A stretch of DNA of 64,000 nucleotides from NCBI GenBank assembly GCA_038326655.1, contig JBBQKG010000007.1:19067-83066 (forward strand), given 5' to 3'. A program made the translations under genes and the position numbers. The stretch is from Solirubrobacterales bacterium (GTDB lineage Bacteria > Actinomycetota > Thermoleophilia > Solirubrobacterales > JBBDJG01). Below, piece after piece: positions 55,818 through 64,000 of the stretch. Each line of letters starts with the position of its first letter. Within the stretch, counting starts at the first letter, position 1. The notes beneath the pieces are model-generated. The model made no database searches. It was not told the DNA's origin and saw only the letters and a list, made by a program, of their open reading frames with translations.

Positions 55818-57221
55818 ATGGCGGGAAAAGTAGGCGTCGAAGAAGCCACACCACGTTCTGCCGCAGCCCAGAGCAACTGGCAGGAGCTGGCCAAACGTCA
55901 CCTCTGGATGCACTTCACGCGCATGGGTGCCTATGCGGACCACGAGGTCCCGGTGCTCGTGCGTGGCGAGGGCTGTTATGTCTGGGACGAGCACGGCAAG
56001 CGGTATCTCGACGGTCTTTCGGCGCTCTTCTGCGTCAACGCGGGCCACGGGCGCGCCGAGCTCGGCGAGGCCGCCGCGGCCCAGGCCAAGGAGCTCGGCT
56101 TCTACACGACCTGGAGCTACGCGCATCCGCGCGCGATCGAGCTCGCGGCGCGGATCGCCGGGCTCGCGCCGTATGACCTCAACCGTGTCTTCTTCACGTC
56201 GGGCGGCTCCGAGGCAGTCGAGTCCGCCTGGAAGCTGGCCCGCAACTACCATCGCCTGCGCGGCGACGGCCAGCGCATCAAGCTGATCGCGCGGGAGCTC
56301 GCCTACCACGGCACGTCGCTGGGCGCCCTGGCGGCGACCGGGCTGACGGGGCTGCGGGCCCCGTTCGAGCCGCTCACGCCGGGCGGGTGCCACGTCCCGA
56401 ACACCAACAGCTACCGCTGGCCCGCTGAGCGCGACCCGCTCTGGGCCGCCGACGCGATCGAGGAGCGGATCCAGTTCGAGGGGCCCGAGACGGTCGCCGC
56501 CGTGATGCTCGAGCCGGTGCAGAACGCCGGCGGGTGCTTCGTTCCGCAGGACGGCTACTTCGAGCGCGTGCGCGAAATCTGCGACCGGCATGGCGTGCTG
56601 CTGATCTCGGATGAGGTGATCTGCTCCTGGGGCCGGCTCGGGCACTGGTTCGGCTGCGAGCGCTTCGGCTACCGCCCGGACATGATCACGACCGCGAAAG
56701 GGCTCACGTCGGCATACGCCCCGATGGGCGCCGTGATCGTCTCGGACCGTGTTGCCGCGCCGTTCATGGAGGGAACCACGATGTTCGCGCACGGCTTCAC
56801 GTTCGGCGGTCATCCGATCGCGGCCGCGATCGCGCTCGCCAACCTCGACATCTTCGAGCGCGAGGACCTCTGCGGCCACGTGCGCGCCAAGGAGGGCGAG
56901 TTCCGGGCCCGCCTCGACGGGCTCCGCGACCTGCCGATCGTCGGCGACGTGCGCGGGTCGGGCTTCTTCCACGCGATCGAGCTCGTCAAGGACCGTGACA
57001 CCAAGGAGTCCTTCAGCCACGAGGAGGCCGAGCTGCTGCTGCGCGGCTTCCTGTCGGGCGAGCTCTACCGCCAGGGCCTGATCTGCCGGGCCGATGACCG
57101 CGGCGACCCGGTCGTGCAGCTCGCGCCGCCGCTGATCGCCGACACCGAGCAGTTCGACGAGATCGAGGCGATCCTGCGCTCCGCGCTCACGCAGGCCTGG
57201 GACCGCATCGTCGCCTCTTGA
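55818..57221 (+). CDS. Class-III (omega-amine:pyruvate / putrescine-type) aminotransferase
   Basis: ATG 55818 behind GGAGAGGAG. Contains HLWMHFTRM, GEGCYVWDEHGKRYLDG, SGGSEAVESAWK, DEVICSWGRLG and TTAKGLTS (PLP Lys). Confidence 0.9.
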   Translation: MAGKVGVEEATPRSAAAQSNWQELAKRHLWMHFTRMGAYADHEVPVLVRGEGCYVWDEHGKRYLDGLSALFCVNAGHGRAELGEAAAAQAKELGFYTTWSYAHPRAIELAARIAGLAPYDLNRVFFTSGGSEAVESAWKLARNYHRLRGDGQRIKLIARELAYHGTSLGALAATGLTGLRAPFEPLTPGGCHVPNTNSYRWPAERDPLWAADAIEERIQFEGPETVAAVMLEPVQNAGGCFVPQDGYFERVREICDRHGVLLISDEVICSWGRLGHWFGCERFGYRPDMITTAKGLTSAYAPMGAVIVSDRVAAPFMEGTTMFAHGFTFGGHPIAAAIALANLDIFEREDLCGHVRAKEGEFRARLDGLRDLPIVGDVRGSGFFHAIELVKDRDTKESFSHEEAELLLRGFLSGELYRQGLICRADDRGDPVVQLAPPLIADTEQFDEIEAILRSALTQAWDRIVAS

Positions 57222-57231
57222 GGAACCCGCG

Positions 57232-58797
57232 ATGAACGTGTTGAACCTGAAGGCGCTGCTCGACGAGACGGGCCTCGAGCTGATCACCGGCCAGAGCGCC
57301 GTGGAGGCGCCGATCCGCTGGGTGCACATCAGCGAGCTGATCGACCCGACCCCGTGGCTGTCGGGCGGCGAGCTGCTGCTCACGACCGGCATGCAGCTCG
57401 ACGACGAGGCGCAACAGCGCACCTACGTCCAGCGGCTCGTGCAGCACAGCATCGGGGGGCTGGGCTTTGCGACCGGGTTCGGGCACGAGCGGGTCCCGGA
57501 GGCGATCCTGGCGGAGGCGGCGCTGCTCGACTTTCCGGTTTTCGAGGTGCCGTTCGAGATGCCGTTCATCGCGATCACCGAGATGGCCTTCACACGGCTC
57601 GTCAACGAGCAGTACGCGCTGCTCCAGCGCGGCATCGCGGTGCAGCGGCGGCTCGAGCAACTGGTTCTCGACGACCGCGGCCTGGACGAGCTGACGCGCG
57701 CGCTGTCGGCCGCGATCGGTGGAAGCGTGGTGATGCTCGACGGCCGCGGCGAGCCCACTGCGACGGCGAATTTCCGTCGCCCGATTCCTGCGCAGGCACT
57801 CGACGCGATCTGCGCGGAGGTCGTCGCCCGGAACGGGTCGGGGCCCGTGGCGCCCTTCGAGCCGTCGGCCGAGGCAGCCTCGGAAGTGTCCGGTCGCGCG
57901 CTCGTGCTGCCGCTCGCGCCCGAGGTGCGGGGAGCCCCGCAGGCGTGGCTGGTGGGCGTCCGCGACGGCGGCCCGCTCGGGGAGTTCGAACGGTTGATCT
58001 TGCAGCAGGGGGTAACGGTGGTGGCGCTCGAGTTGATGCGCCGGCGGGTGATGCGCGACACCGAGCGCAGGCTCGCCGGCGACATCCTCGCCGATGCTGT
58101 GGCGGGCGAGCTTCGAGACCACGAGCTCGAGGCACGACTGCGCCCGTTCGGCGTCGGTGTGAGGGCGGCGGTGCTGGTCTTCGGGCTCGAGGGCCCGGCG
58201 GGCGCCGAGGCCTCGCTCGAGCGGCTCATGTCCGAAGCCGGCGTCGGCGCACTAGTCGCCTGTCGCGAGGACAGGCTGTGCGCCGTCGTCGACGGAAGCG
58301 TGGGCGATCCGCTCGTGCTCGCAGCACGCACGCGTGACGTTCTGGCACAAGATCACGGGGACGTGCGGGTTGCCGCCAGCAGGGTCGCCCCCACGATCGC
58401 GCTGCGCTCGTCGTTCCACGAAGCCCGGTACGCGCTCGAGGTGGTCGCGTTCTCGAACGGCCGCGCGCCGGACGTGGCCTCGTGGCAAGACCTGGGCGCA
58501 TTCCAGCTCCTGCTCTCGGTTCAGGACGACGAGGCATTGCGGCTCTTCTGCGACAGCGTGCTCGACCCGATCCAGGAAGGCGAGGGCGAGTACGGGGGCG
58601 AGCTGCTCAAGTCGCTGGAGGCGTTCCTCGAGCAGAACGGGCAGTGGGAGAAGGCCGCCCGAGAGCTCTTCTGCCACCGCCACACGCTGCGCTACCGGAT
58701 CCGCCGCATCGAGCAGCTGACCGGGCGCGACCTGTCGAACGCCCGCGACCGGATCGAGTTCTGGCTGGCGCTCAAGGCAAGAGAGCTGGTGTCGTGA
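57232..58797 (+). CDS. PucR-family transcriptional regulator
   Basis: 521 aa. PucR-type N-domain (VHISELIDPTPWLSGGELLLTTG). C-terminal HTH LFCHRHTLRYRIRRIEQLTGRDL. Confidence 0.85.
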   Translation: MNVLNLKALLDETGLELITGQSAVEAPIRWVHISELIDPTPWLSGGELLLTTGMQLDDEAQQRTYVQRLVQHSIGGLGFATGFGHERVPEAILAEAALLDFPVFEVPFEMPFIAITEMAFTRLVNEQYALLQRGIAVQRRLEQLVLDDRGLDELTRALSAAIGGSVVMLDGRGEPTATANFRRPIPAQALDAICAEVVARNGSGPVAPFEPSAEAASEVSGRALVLPLAPEVRGAPQAWLVGVRDGGPLGEFERLILQQGVTVVALELMRRRVMRDTERRLAGDILADAVAGELRDHELEARLRPFGVGVRAAVLVFGLEGPAGAEASLERLMSEAGVGALVACREDRLCAVVDGSVGDPLVLAARTRDVLAQDHGDVRVAASRVAPTIALRSSFHEARYALEVVAFSNGRAPDVASWQDLGAFQLLLSVQDDEALRLFCDSVLDPIQEGEGEYGGELLKSLEAFLEQNGQWEKAARELFCHRHTLRYRIRRIEQLTGRDLSNARDRIEFWLALKARELVS

Positions 58798-58810
58798 GGA
58801 GGCGCGCGGC

Positions 58811-59932
58811 TTGACACGATCCGGGCTCGCGGTCGCGGTCCTGGGCGCGGGCGGCACGATCGCGCCCGCCGTGGTGCGCGACCTTGCGGAATCGGAGGAG
58901 GTGTCGTCGCTCGGCCTCCTCGACATCGACCCCGACCGCGCCCGCGCGGTCGCCGACCGGCATGGCCTCGGCAAGGCCACGGTGCACGAGGCCGACGCCC
59001 GCTCCGGGCTCGGCGACGTCCTCGAGAAATTCGACGTGCTCGTGAACGCGGCGAGCTACCGCGTGAATCTCGACGCGATGCGGGCATGCCTTTGGGGCGG
59101 CTGTCACTACATCGACCTCGGAGGCCTCTACTGGCAGACCGGCAAGCAGCTCGAGCTCGACGGCGAATTCCAGCGGGCCGGCCTGCTGGGGTTGCTCGGG
59201 ATGGGGTCGAGCCCCGGCAAGACGAACGTGATGGCGGTCAGCGCCGTACGGGCGCTGGGCGAAGCGCCGCGCGTGCTGCACGTGATGGCCGCCGGGCGCG
59301 ACCTCTCTCCGCCCAGGGGCGCCTCCTCGTTTCCCTACGCGCTGCGGACGCTCGTCGACGAGGCCACGATGCGGCCGGTCGTGGTCGAGCAGGGCGAGCA
59401 GACCGAGCTCGAGCCGCTCTCGGACGGCGGCGAGGTCGACTTCGGAGACCCAATCGGGCGCAGCCGGACGATCTTCACGCTGCACTCCGAGCTGCGCACG
59501 TTTCCCGGCAACTTCCAATGTGCGCAGGCGAGCTTCAGGCTCTCGCTGCCGCCGGCGGTGCTGAAGGAACTGCGCCGCCTCGCGAGCGCCCCCGAAGACG
59601 AGGTCGAGGAACAGATAGAGGCTGCGGCCCGCGCCGCACTCCCCCCCTCCGCCAACACCGTCTCGACGCATGTCGTGGAAGCGGCGGCCAACGGCCGGAG
59701 CGTGCGGGTAAGGGCCGTCGCGCGGCCGCTCGAGCGCTGGAAGCTCGGCGGAGGGGTGGTCTCGACCGGGGCTCCCGCGGCGGCGGCCGTCCGGCTGCTT
59801 GCGCGTGGGTCGATCTCGGCGACCGGCGTCTCGGCGCCGGAGCGCTGTGTCGATCCCGACGACCTCTTCCCCGAGCTCGAGGCCCACGGGACCACCTTCG
59901 AGGTGACCGAGCACGAGGTGGTCGCCTCTTGA
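58811..59932 (+). CDS. Saccharopine-dehydrogenase-like NAD(P)-binding protein
   Basis: 373 aa. Rossmann VAVLGAGGTIAPAVVRDL. VLVNAASYRVNLDAMRACLWGGCHYIDLGG is typical of the Sacchrp_dh family. Confidence 0.75.
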   Translation: MTRSGLAVAVLGAGGTIAPAVVRDLAESEEVSSLGLLDIDPDRARAVADRHGLGKATVHEADARSGLGDVLEKFDVLVNAASYRVNLDAMRACLWGGCHYIDLGGLYWQTGKQLELDGEFQRAGLLGLLGMGSSPGKTNVMAVSAVRALGEAPRVLHVMAAGRDLSPPRGASSFPYALRTLVDEATMRPVVVEQGEQTELEPLSDGGEVDFGDPIGRSRTIFTLHSELRTFPGNFQCAQASFRLSLPPAVLKELRRLASAPEDEVEEQIEAAARAALPPSANTVSTHVVEAAANGRSVRVRAVARPLERWKLGGGVVSTGAPAAAAVRLLARGSISATGVSAPERCVDPDDLFPELEAHGTTFEVTEHEVVAS

Positions 59933-61080
59933 AGGTCGGCGTCCCGACCGAGATCAAGGCCGACGAGTACCGCGTCGCGCTCACGCCGATCGGCGCGCGC
60001 GAGCTAGCCGAGCACGGCCACGAGGTCGTAATCCAATCTGGCGCGGGCGAGGGAAGCGCGCTCCCCGACCCGGCATTCGCGGCCCAGGGAGCCCGCATCG
60101 CGCCCGACGCGGAATCGGTGTTCGCCGACGCCGAGCTGATCCTGAAGGTGAAGGAGCCTCAGCCGGCCGAGGTCGGCCTCCTGCGGCCGCACCACACGCT
60201 CTTCACCTACCTGCACCTGGCCGCCGACCCCCAGCTCTCGCGCGCGCTTTGCGAATCGGGCGCGACCTGCGTCGCCTACGAGACCGTCGAGGACGACCGC
60301 GGCCGACTGCCACTGCTCGCGCCGATGAGCGAGATCGCCGGCAAGATCGCAACCCAGGCGGGGGCGTTCATGCTCGAGAAGCCGCTGGGCGGCCGGGGGA
60401 TCCTGCTCGGCGGAGTGCCCGGCGTGCCCGCGGCGACGGTGATGATCATCGGCGGCGGCGTAGTCGGCATGAACGCCGCCTTCATCGCGATCGGCATGGA
60501 GGCCGAGGTGTTCGTGTTCGACACCTCGATCGACCGCCTGCGCGATCTCGACATCGCGCTCAGCGGCCGTTGCTCGACGGTGTACTCGTCGACGCTCGCG
60601 ATCGAGGAGATGCTTCCCCGCGCGGACCTCGTGATCGGCGCGGTGTTGCTGCACGGCGCCCGGGCACCGCGCGTGATCAAGCGGACGCAGCTGCGCCTCA
60701 TGAAGCCGGCCGCCGTGCTCGTGGACGTGTCGATCGACCAGGGCGGGTGCTTCGAGACCTCACGGCCCACCACGCACAGCCACCCGACCTTCGAGGTGGA
60801 CGGCGTCATCCACTACTGCGTCGCGAACATGCCCGGCGCGGTGCCGGTGACGTCGACCTACGCGCTGACGAATTCGACGTTGCCCTACGTGCTCGCGCTC
60901 GCCGACCAGGGCGTGCGCGAGGCGGCGGCGCGCGATCCCGGGTTGCGGCTCGGGGTCAACGTCGCCGGCGGCCGGATCACGAACAGCGCAGTCGCGGCCA
61001 GCCTGGCGATGCCGCTCACGCCGCTCGAGGAGGCGCTCGACTCCGCCGCCGACGCACGCCAGGAAAGAGTTGCGAAATAG
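59929..61080 (+). CDS. ald: Alanine dehydrogenase
   Basis: TTG 59929 (TTGA overlap with the previous stop) gives (M)KVGVPTEIKADEYRVALTP... NAD motif IIGGGVVGMNAA. The tracked 664-aa ORF is over-extended. Confidence 0.95.
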   Translation: MKVGVPTEIKADEYRVALTPIGARELAEHGHEVVIQSGAGEGSALPDPAFAAQGARIAPDAESVFADAELILKVKEPQPAEVGLLRPHHTLFTYLHLAADPQLSRALCESGATCVAYETVEDDRGRLPLLAPMSEIAGKIATQAGAFMLEKPLGGRGILLGGVPGVPAATVMIIGGGVVGMNAAFIAIGMEAEVFVFDTSIDRLRDLDIALSGRCSTVYSSTLAIEEMLPRADLVIGAVLLHGARAPRVIKRTQLRLMKPAAVLVDVSIDQGGCFETSRPTTHSHPTFEVDGVIHYCVANMPGAVPVTSTYALTNSTLPYVLALADQGVREAAARDPGLRLGVNVAGGRITNSAVAASLAMPLTPLEEALDSAADARQERVAK

Positions 61081-61106
61081 TTTTGCCCAGACCCTGAGGA
61101 GGAGAC

Positions 61107-62549
61107 ATGGCCACCGCTTCGCAAACCAGGATCGAGAACTTCATCGACGGCGAGCACCGCCCCGCCGTGGACGGCTCGGACGAGCCGATCCTCAACCCCG
61201 CCACGGGTGAGCAGATCGCGACCGCGCCGCTGTCGGGCGACGCCGACGTGGACGCCGCCGTGCAGGCCTCCAAGCGTGCATTTCGCGAGTGGTCGGAGAC
61301 CCCACCGGGAGAGCGCGCGCTCGCCCTGCTGCGGATCGCAGATGCGCTGGAGGAGAATGCTGACGAGCTCTCGGAGCTCGAGTCGCTGAACGTCGGCAAG
61401 CCGATCGAGGCGATGCGCGAGGAGGAGATGCCCGTGCTCGTCGACAACCTCCGCTTCTTCGCGGGCGCCGCCCGCTGCCTCGACGGGCTCGCCGCCGGCG
61501 AGTACATGCGCGGCTACACGTCGATGATCCGCCGCGAACCGGTCGGCGTGGTCGGTCAGATCGTGCCCTGGAACTACCCGCTGATGATGGCGATCTGGAA
61601 GATCGGCCCGGCGCTCGCGGCCGGCAACACGGTCGTCCTGAAGCCGTCGGAGCAGACGCCGCTGACGGCCGCGCGGCTGGCGGAGATCTGTGCCGAGCAC
61701 CTCCCGAGGGGCGTCCTGAACGTGATCTTCGGGCACGGCGAGCCGGCCGGCGCGGGCCTCGTGCGCCATCCCGACGTCGCGATGGTGTCGCTGACGGGAG
61801 ACGTCGCGACCGGCAAGGAGGTGGCCCGGGCGGCTGCCGACACCTTGAAGCGGGTGCATCTCGAGCTCGGCGGCAAGGCGCCCGTGATCGTGTTCGACGA
61901 CGCCGACCTCGAGGCGGTCGTGGAGGGTGTGAAGATCGCCGGGTACTTCAACTCCGGCCAGGACTGCACGGCCGCGACCCGCGTGCTGGCGGGCCCGAAG
62001 ATCCACGAGGACTTCGTCGCCGGCCTCGCCCAGGCGGCGGGCTCGCTGAAGGTCGGCGACCCCTCCGACGCGGCCACCGAGATGGGGCCGCTCGTGTCGG
62101 AGGCACAGCGCGAGCGGGTGTCGGGGTTCCTGAGCCGGACCCCCGGCCACGCGCGGACGGTCGCCGGCGGCAAGGCGCCGTCGGGCAATGGCTACTTCCT
62201 CGAGCCGACCGTGATCGCGGGCCTCGAGCAGGGCGACGAGATGATCCAGCGCGAGATCTTCGGCCCCGTCGTGACGGTCCAGCGGTTCGCGAACGACGAG
62301 GAGGCGATCGAGCACGCAAACGGGGTCGAGTACGGGCTCGCGGCGAGCGTGTGGACTCGCGACGTCGGCCGCGCGATGGACGCCGCCCGCCGGCTTCGAT
62401 TCGGAACCGTCTGGGTGAACGACCACATCCCGCTGGTGTCCGAGATGCCGCACGGCGGCTTCAAGCAGTCGGGCTACGGCAAGGACCTCTCGATGTACTC
62501 GCTTGAGGATTACACCGTGGTGAAGCATGTGATGGTTAGCTTGAGCTGA
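61107..62549 (+). CDS. NAD-dependent aldehyde dehydrogenase (aminobutyraldehyde-dehydrogenase-like)
   Basis: 480 aa. Contains VPWNYPL, LELGGKAP and FNSGQDCTAATR (catalytic Cys). Confidence 0.95.
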   Translation: MATASQTRIENFIDGEHRPAVDGSDEPILNPATGEQIATAPLSGDADVDAAVQASKRAFREWSETPPGERALALLRIADALEENADELSELESLNVGKPIEAMREEEMPVLVDNLRFFAGAARCLDGLAAGEYMRGYTSMIRREPVGVVGQIVPWNYPLMMAIWKIGPALAAGNTVVLKPSEQTPLTAARLAEICAEHLPRGVLNVIFGHGEPAGAGLVRHPDVAMVSLTGDVATGKEVARAAADTLKRVHLELGGKAPVIVFDDADLEAVVEGVKIAGYFNSGQDCTAATRVLAGPKIHEDFVAGLAQAAGSLKVGDPSDAATEMGPLVSEAQRERVSGFLSRTPGHARTVAGGKAPSGNGYFLEPTVIAGLEQGDEMIQREIFGPVVTVQRFANDEEAIEHANGVEYGLAASVWTRDVGRAMDAARRLRFGTVWVNDHIPLVSEMPHGGFKQSGYGKDLSMYSLEDYTVVKHVMVSLS

Positions 62550-62557
62550 ATAAAAGG

Positions 62558-62583
62558 CCGCGGATCTGCGAGCAGATCCGCGG
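62558..62583. terminator. Bidirectional hairpin terminator (12-bp perfect stem) between the aldehyde dehydrogenase gene and a convergent small ORF
   Basis: CCGCGGATCTGC-ga-GCAGATCCGCGG. On the minus strand it is followed by CCTTTTATT. Confidence 0.6.
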
Positions 62584-62680
62584 GTGGGTGGCGGGACGAA
62601 GTTTTGCCGCGGGCGCGCATCCCCAAGGCGCATACACAACGCTGCACGGCTCCGACCCTTATGAAGTTGTTCCCGGAAAG

Positions 62681-62860
62681 CTAAGCGGCCGTGCGGTGCT
62701 GCTCTATCTGCTCGACCCGCGACTTGAGCGCGCGAAGCTCGTCTTCGAGGCCCCAGATCCGTTCGAGCGACTGCTTCAACCGCTCCTCCAGGTCCCTCAT
62801 CCGCCTCGGCGTCCGGTCGGTTGCCCTCAGCACTCCATCCTCTCCGACCATCGTTGCCAT
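62681..62860 (-). CDS. Possible 59-aa coiled-coil protein (below the ORF-track cut-off)
   Basis: Hand translation: MATMVGEDGVLRATDRTPRRMRDLEERLKQSLERIWGLEDELRALKSRVEQIEQHRTAA*. High GC3 and a heptad-like pattern. A downstream hairpin with a U-rich tail is on the same strand. No clear SD. Confidence 0.35.
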   Translation of the reverse strand: MATMVGEDGVLRATDRTPRRMRDLEERLKQSLERIWGLEDELRALKSRVEQIEQHRTAA

Positions 62861-62914
62861 ACGAGGACGCTAGCCGCCGCATCGGTCGACTGCGCTTGAC
62901 TAGGCTTTGCGTCG

Positions 62915-63763
62915 ATGCGACTCGTGACCTACCGGTCCAAGCGCGGTGCGCGCGCAGGTGTCCTGCAGGACGGCCGCGTGATCGACGCCTGGGACGTGCT
63001 CGAGCCCGGCGTGGCCGAGTCCAGCGTCCGCCAGCTGCTTGCACACGACGCGCTGGACCGCCTCGCGGAGGAGCTCGCCGGTGGCGGCATCCCAATCGAC
63101 CAGGTGACGGTCGACGTGCCGGTGCCGGACCCGGAGAAGATCATCTGCATCGGCCTGAACTACCGCGCGCACGCGGCCGAGGCCGGCATCGACCCTCCCA
63201 GCGCGCCGACGTTCTTCGCGAAGTTCCGGAATGCCCTTGCACCCTCGGGCGCGGAGGTGGCGCTGCCGGCGGGCAGCGACAAGGTCGACTACGAGGCCGA
63301 GGTCGCATTCGTGATCGGCAGGCGCTGCCGCAACGCCGACGAGGCCGAGGCGCTGCGTTTCGTGGCCGGCTACACGCTCCTGAACGACCTCTCCGCGCGT
63401 GACCTGCAGTTCGCGACGCCCCAGTGGATGCCCGGCAAGGTGTTCGACGGATCCGCTCCGTGCGGCCCGGCGCTCGTGACGCCCGACGAGGCGACCGCCG
63501 GCGGAGCGATCGAGGTCGCACTGGAGCTGAACGGGGATACGGTGCAGTCCGCCACCACCGAAGACCTGATCTTCTCGATCCCGGCGCTCGTGTCACATCT
63601 GTCACGCCTGATGACACTCGAGCCGGGCGACATCGTCTCGACCGGGACGCCCTCGGGCGTCGGCAGCGTCAGACAGCCACGGATCTGGCTGAAGGACGGC
63701 GACCAGGTAACCGTCTCGTCACCCACGCTGGGCCGCCTCGAAACGCGGCTGCGCCGTCCCTAG
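62915..63763 (+). CDS. Fumarylacetoacetate hydrolase (FAH)-family protein
   Basis: 282 aa. Contains KIICIGLNYRAHAAE, DYEAEVAFVIG, LNDLSARD and TGTPSGVG. Confidence 0.9.
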   Translation: MRLVTYRSKRGARAGVLQDGRVIDAWDVLEPGVAESSVRQLLAHDALDRLAEELAGGGIPIDQVTVDVPVPDPEKIICIGLNYRAHAAEAGIDPPSAPTFFAKFRNALAPSGAEVALPAGSDKVDYEAEVAFVIGRRCRNADEAEALRFVAGYTLLNDLSARDLQFATPQWMPGKVFDGSAPCGPALVTPDEATAGGAIEVALELNGDTVQSATTEDLIFSIPALVSHLSRLMTLEPGDIVSTGTPSGVGSVRQPRIWLKDGDQVTVSSPTLGRLETRLRRP

Positions 63764-63785
63764 CAAACGCCGTCGCTAACCCAAC

Positions 63786-63813
63786 CCGATCGACCTGCCC
63801 GCAGGTCGATCGG
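63786..63813. terminator. Hairpin (13-bp perfect stem, 2-nt loop) between convergent genes
   Basis: CCGATCGACCTGC-cc-GCAGGTCGATCGG, followed on the plus strand by CCTTTCTCCC. Confidence 0.6.
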
Positions 63814-63834
63814 CCTTTCTCCCGACGGCCTTCT

Positions 63835-64000
63835 TTAAAGGCCTTCGGGGTGCCGCGCGGCGAAGCTGCGACTGCTGAACCGCGCCGACTTCCGCCAGCG
63901 CGGGCCACGCTGGCCCGGCCCGGAGGTGTCGAAGCGAAGCCCCGCGATCGTCATGTACGCGTGGCCCGGGTTGGTGTAGACCGTGATCCACAGGCCGCGA
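63835..64000 (-). CDS. C-terminal fragment of a conserved hypothetical protein (gene enters from beyond the window end)
   Basis: Hand translation of the minus strand: ...RGLWITVYTNPGHAYMTIAGLRFDTSGPGQRGPRWRKSARFSSRSFAARHPEGL*. High GC3. The AGLRFDTS...GPRW...RHP motif recalls actinobacterial hypothetical / cell-wall-hydrolase-associated C-termini (from memory only). Confidence 0.45.
   Translation of the reverse strand, partial: RGLWITVYTNPGHAYMTIAGLRFDTSGPGQRGPRWRKSARFSSRSFAARHPEGL

Noticed and set aside
59086-59928. A 281-codon N-terminal extension of alanine dehydrogenase in the tracked ORF 59086..61080.
   Set aside because: The extension is Arg/Ala/Gly-rich nonsense overlapping the well-supported saccharopine-dehydrogenase-like gene in another frame. 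Ald homology begins exactly at TTG 59929 ((M)KVGVPTEIK).

Overview
This is a very GC-rich bacterial chromosomal segment; third codon positions are almost all G/C, and the exact GC value was not computed. Gene content and order look like core genome of an Actinomycetota-like organism. This rests on the mihF-gmk-rpoZ-coaBC block plus class-1B PyrK/PyrD and a fused SecDF, and it is inference only.

Minus-strand blocks:
- rimP-nusA-infB-DUF503-rbfA-nrnA-truB-ribF
- mihF / gmk-rpoZ-coaBC-TPR-dtd
- a tightly overlapped pyrR-pyrB-pyrC-(isochorismatase-like)-carA-carB-pyrK-pyrD operon
- rnz
- an NHEJ cluster: tlpA-like, ligD(PE+ligase), ku, ligD-polymerase
- a SAM-riboswitch-controlled thrC-like/moaD-like pair
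- secDF, yeaQ-like, recJ, relA
- yebC, tetR, ruvC, ruvA, ruvB
- a damaged potA-potD-potB-potC transporter operon

Plus-strand blocks:
- corA and an SRPBCC gene
- HIT, phosphomannomutase, MBL hydrolase, lipid kinase
- an amine-catabolism cluster: class-III aminotransferase, PucR regulator, saccharopine-dehydrogenase-like protein, alanine dehydrogenase, aldehyde dehydrogenase
- an FAH-family gene

There is one tRNA-Arg(CCG). I saw no rRNA, CRISPR array, transposase, integrase or phage genes.

Many ORF-track entries are GC-driven shadow ORFs, or are over-extended at the 5' end. Likely true starts were re-derived from 4-nt ATGA/GTGA start/stop overlaps.

Most notable observations:
1. A textbook SAM-I riboswitch (promoter, aptamer, terminator) precedes a ThrC-homologue plus a GG-terminated MoaD-like carrier. 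This points to protein-thiocarboxylate-dependent homocysteine synthesis rather than threonine synthesis.
2. The pot operon carries two independent lesions next to an intact amine-catabolic module.
3. An isochorismatase-family gene is translationally coupled inside the pyrimidine operon.
4. An orphan TetR-type operator/promoter fires antisense toward yebC.
5. NusA and RecJ carry unusual C-terminal extensions.

Nothing resembling a defence island or mobile element was found.
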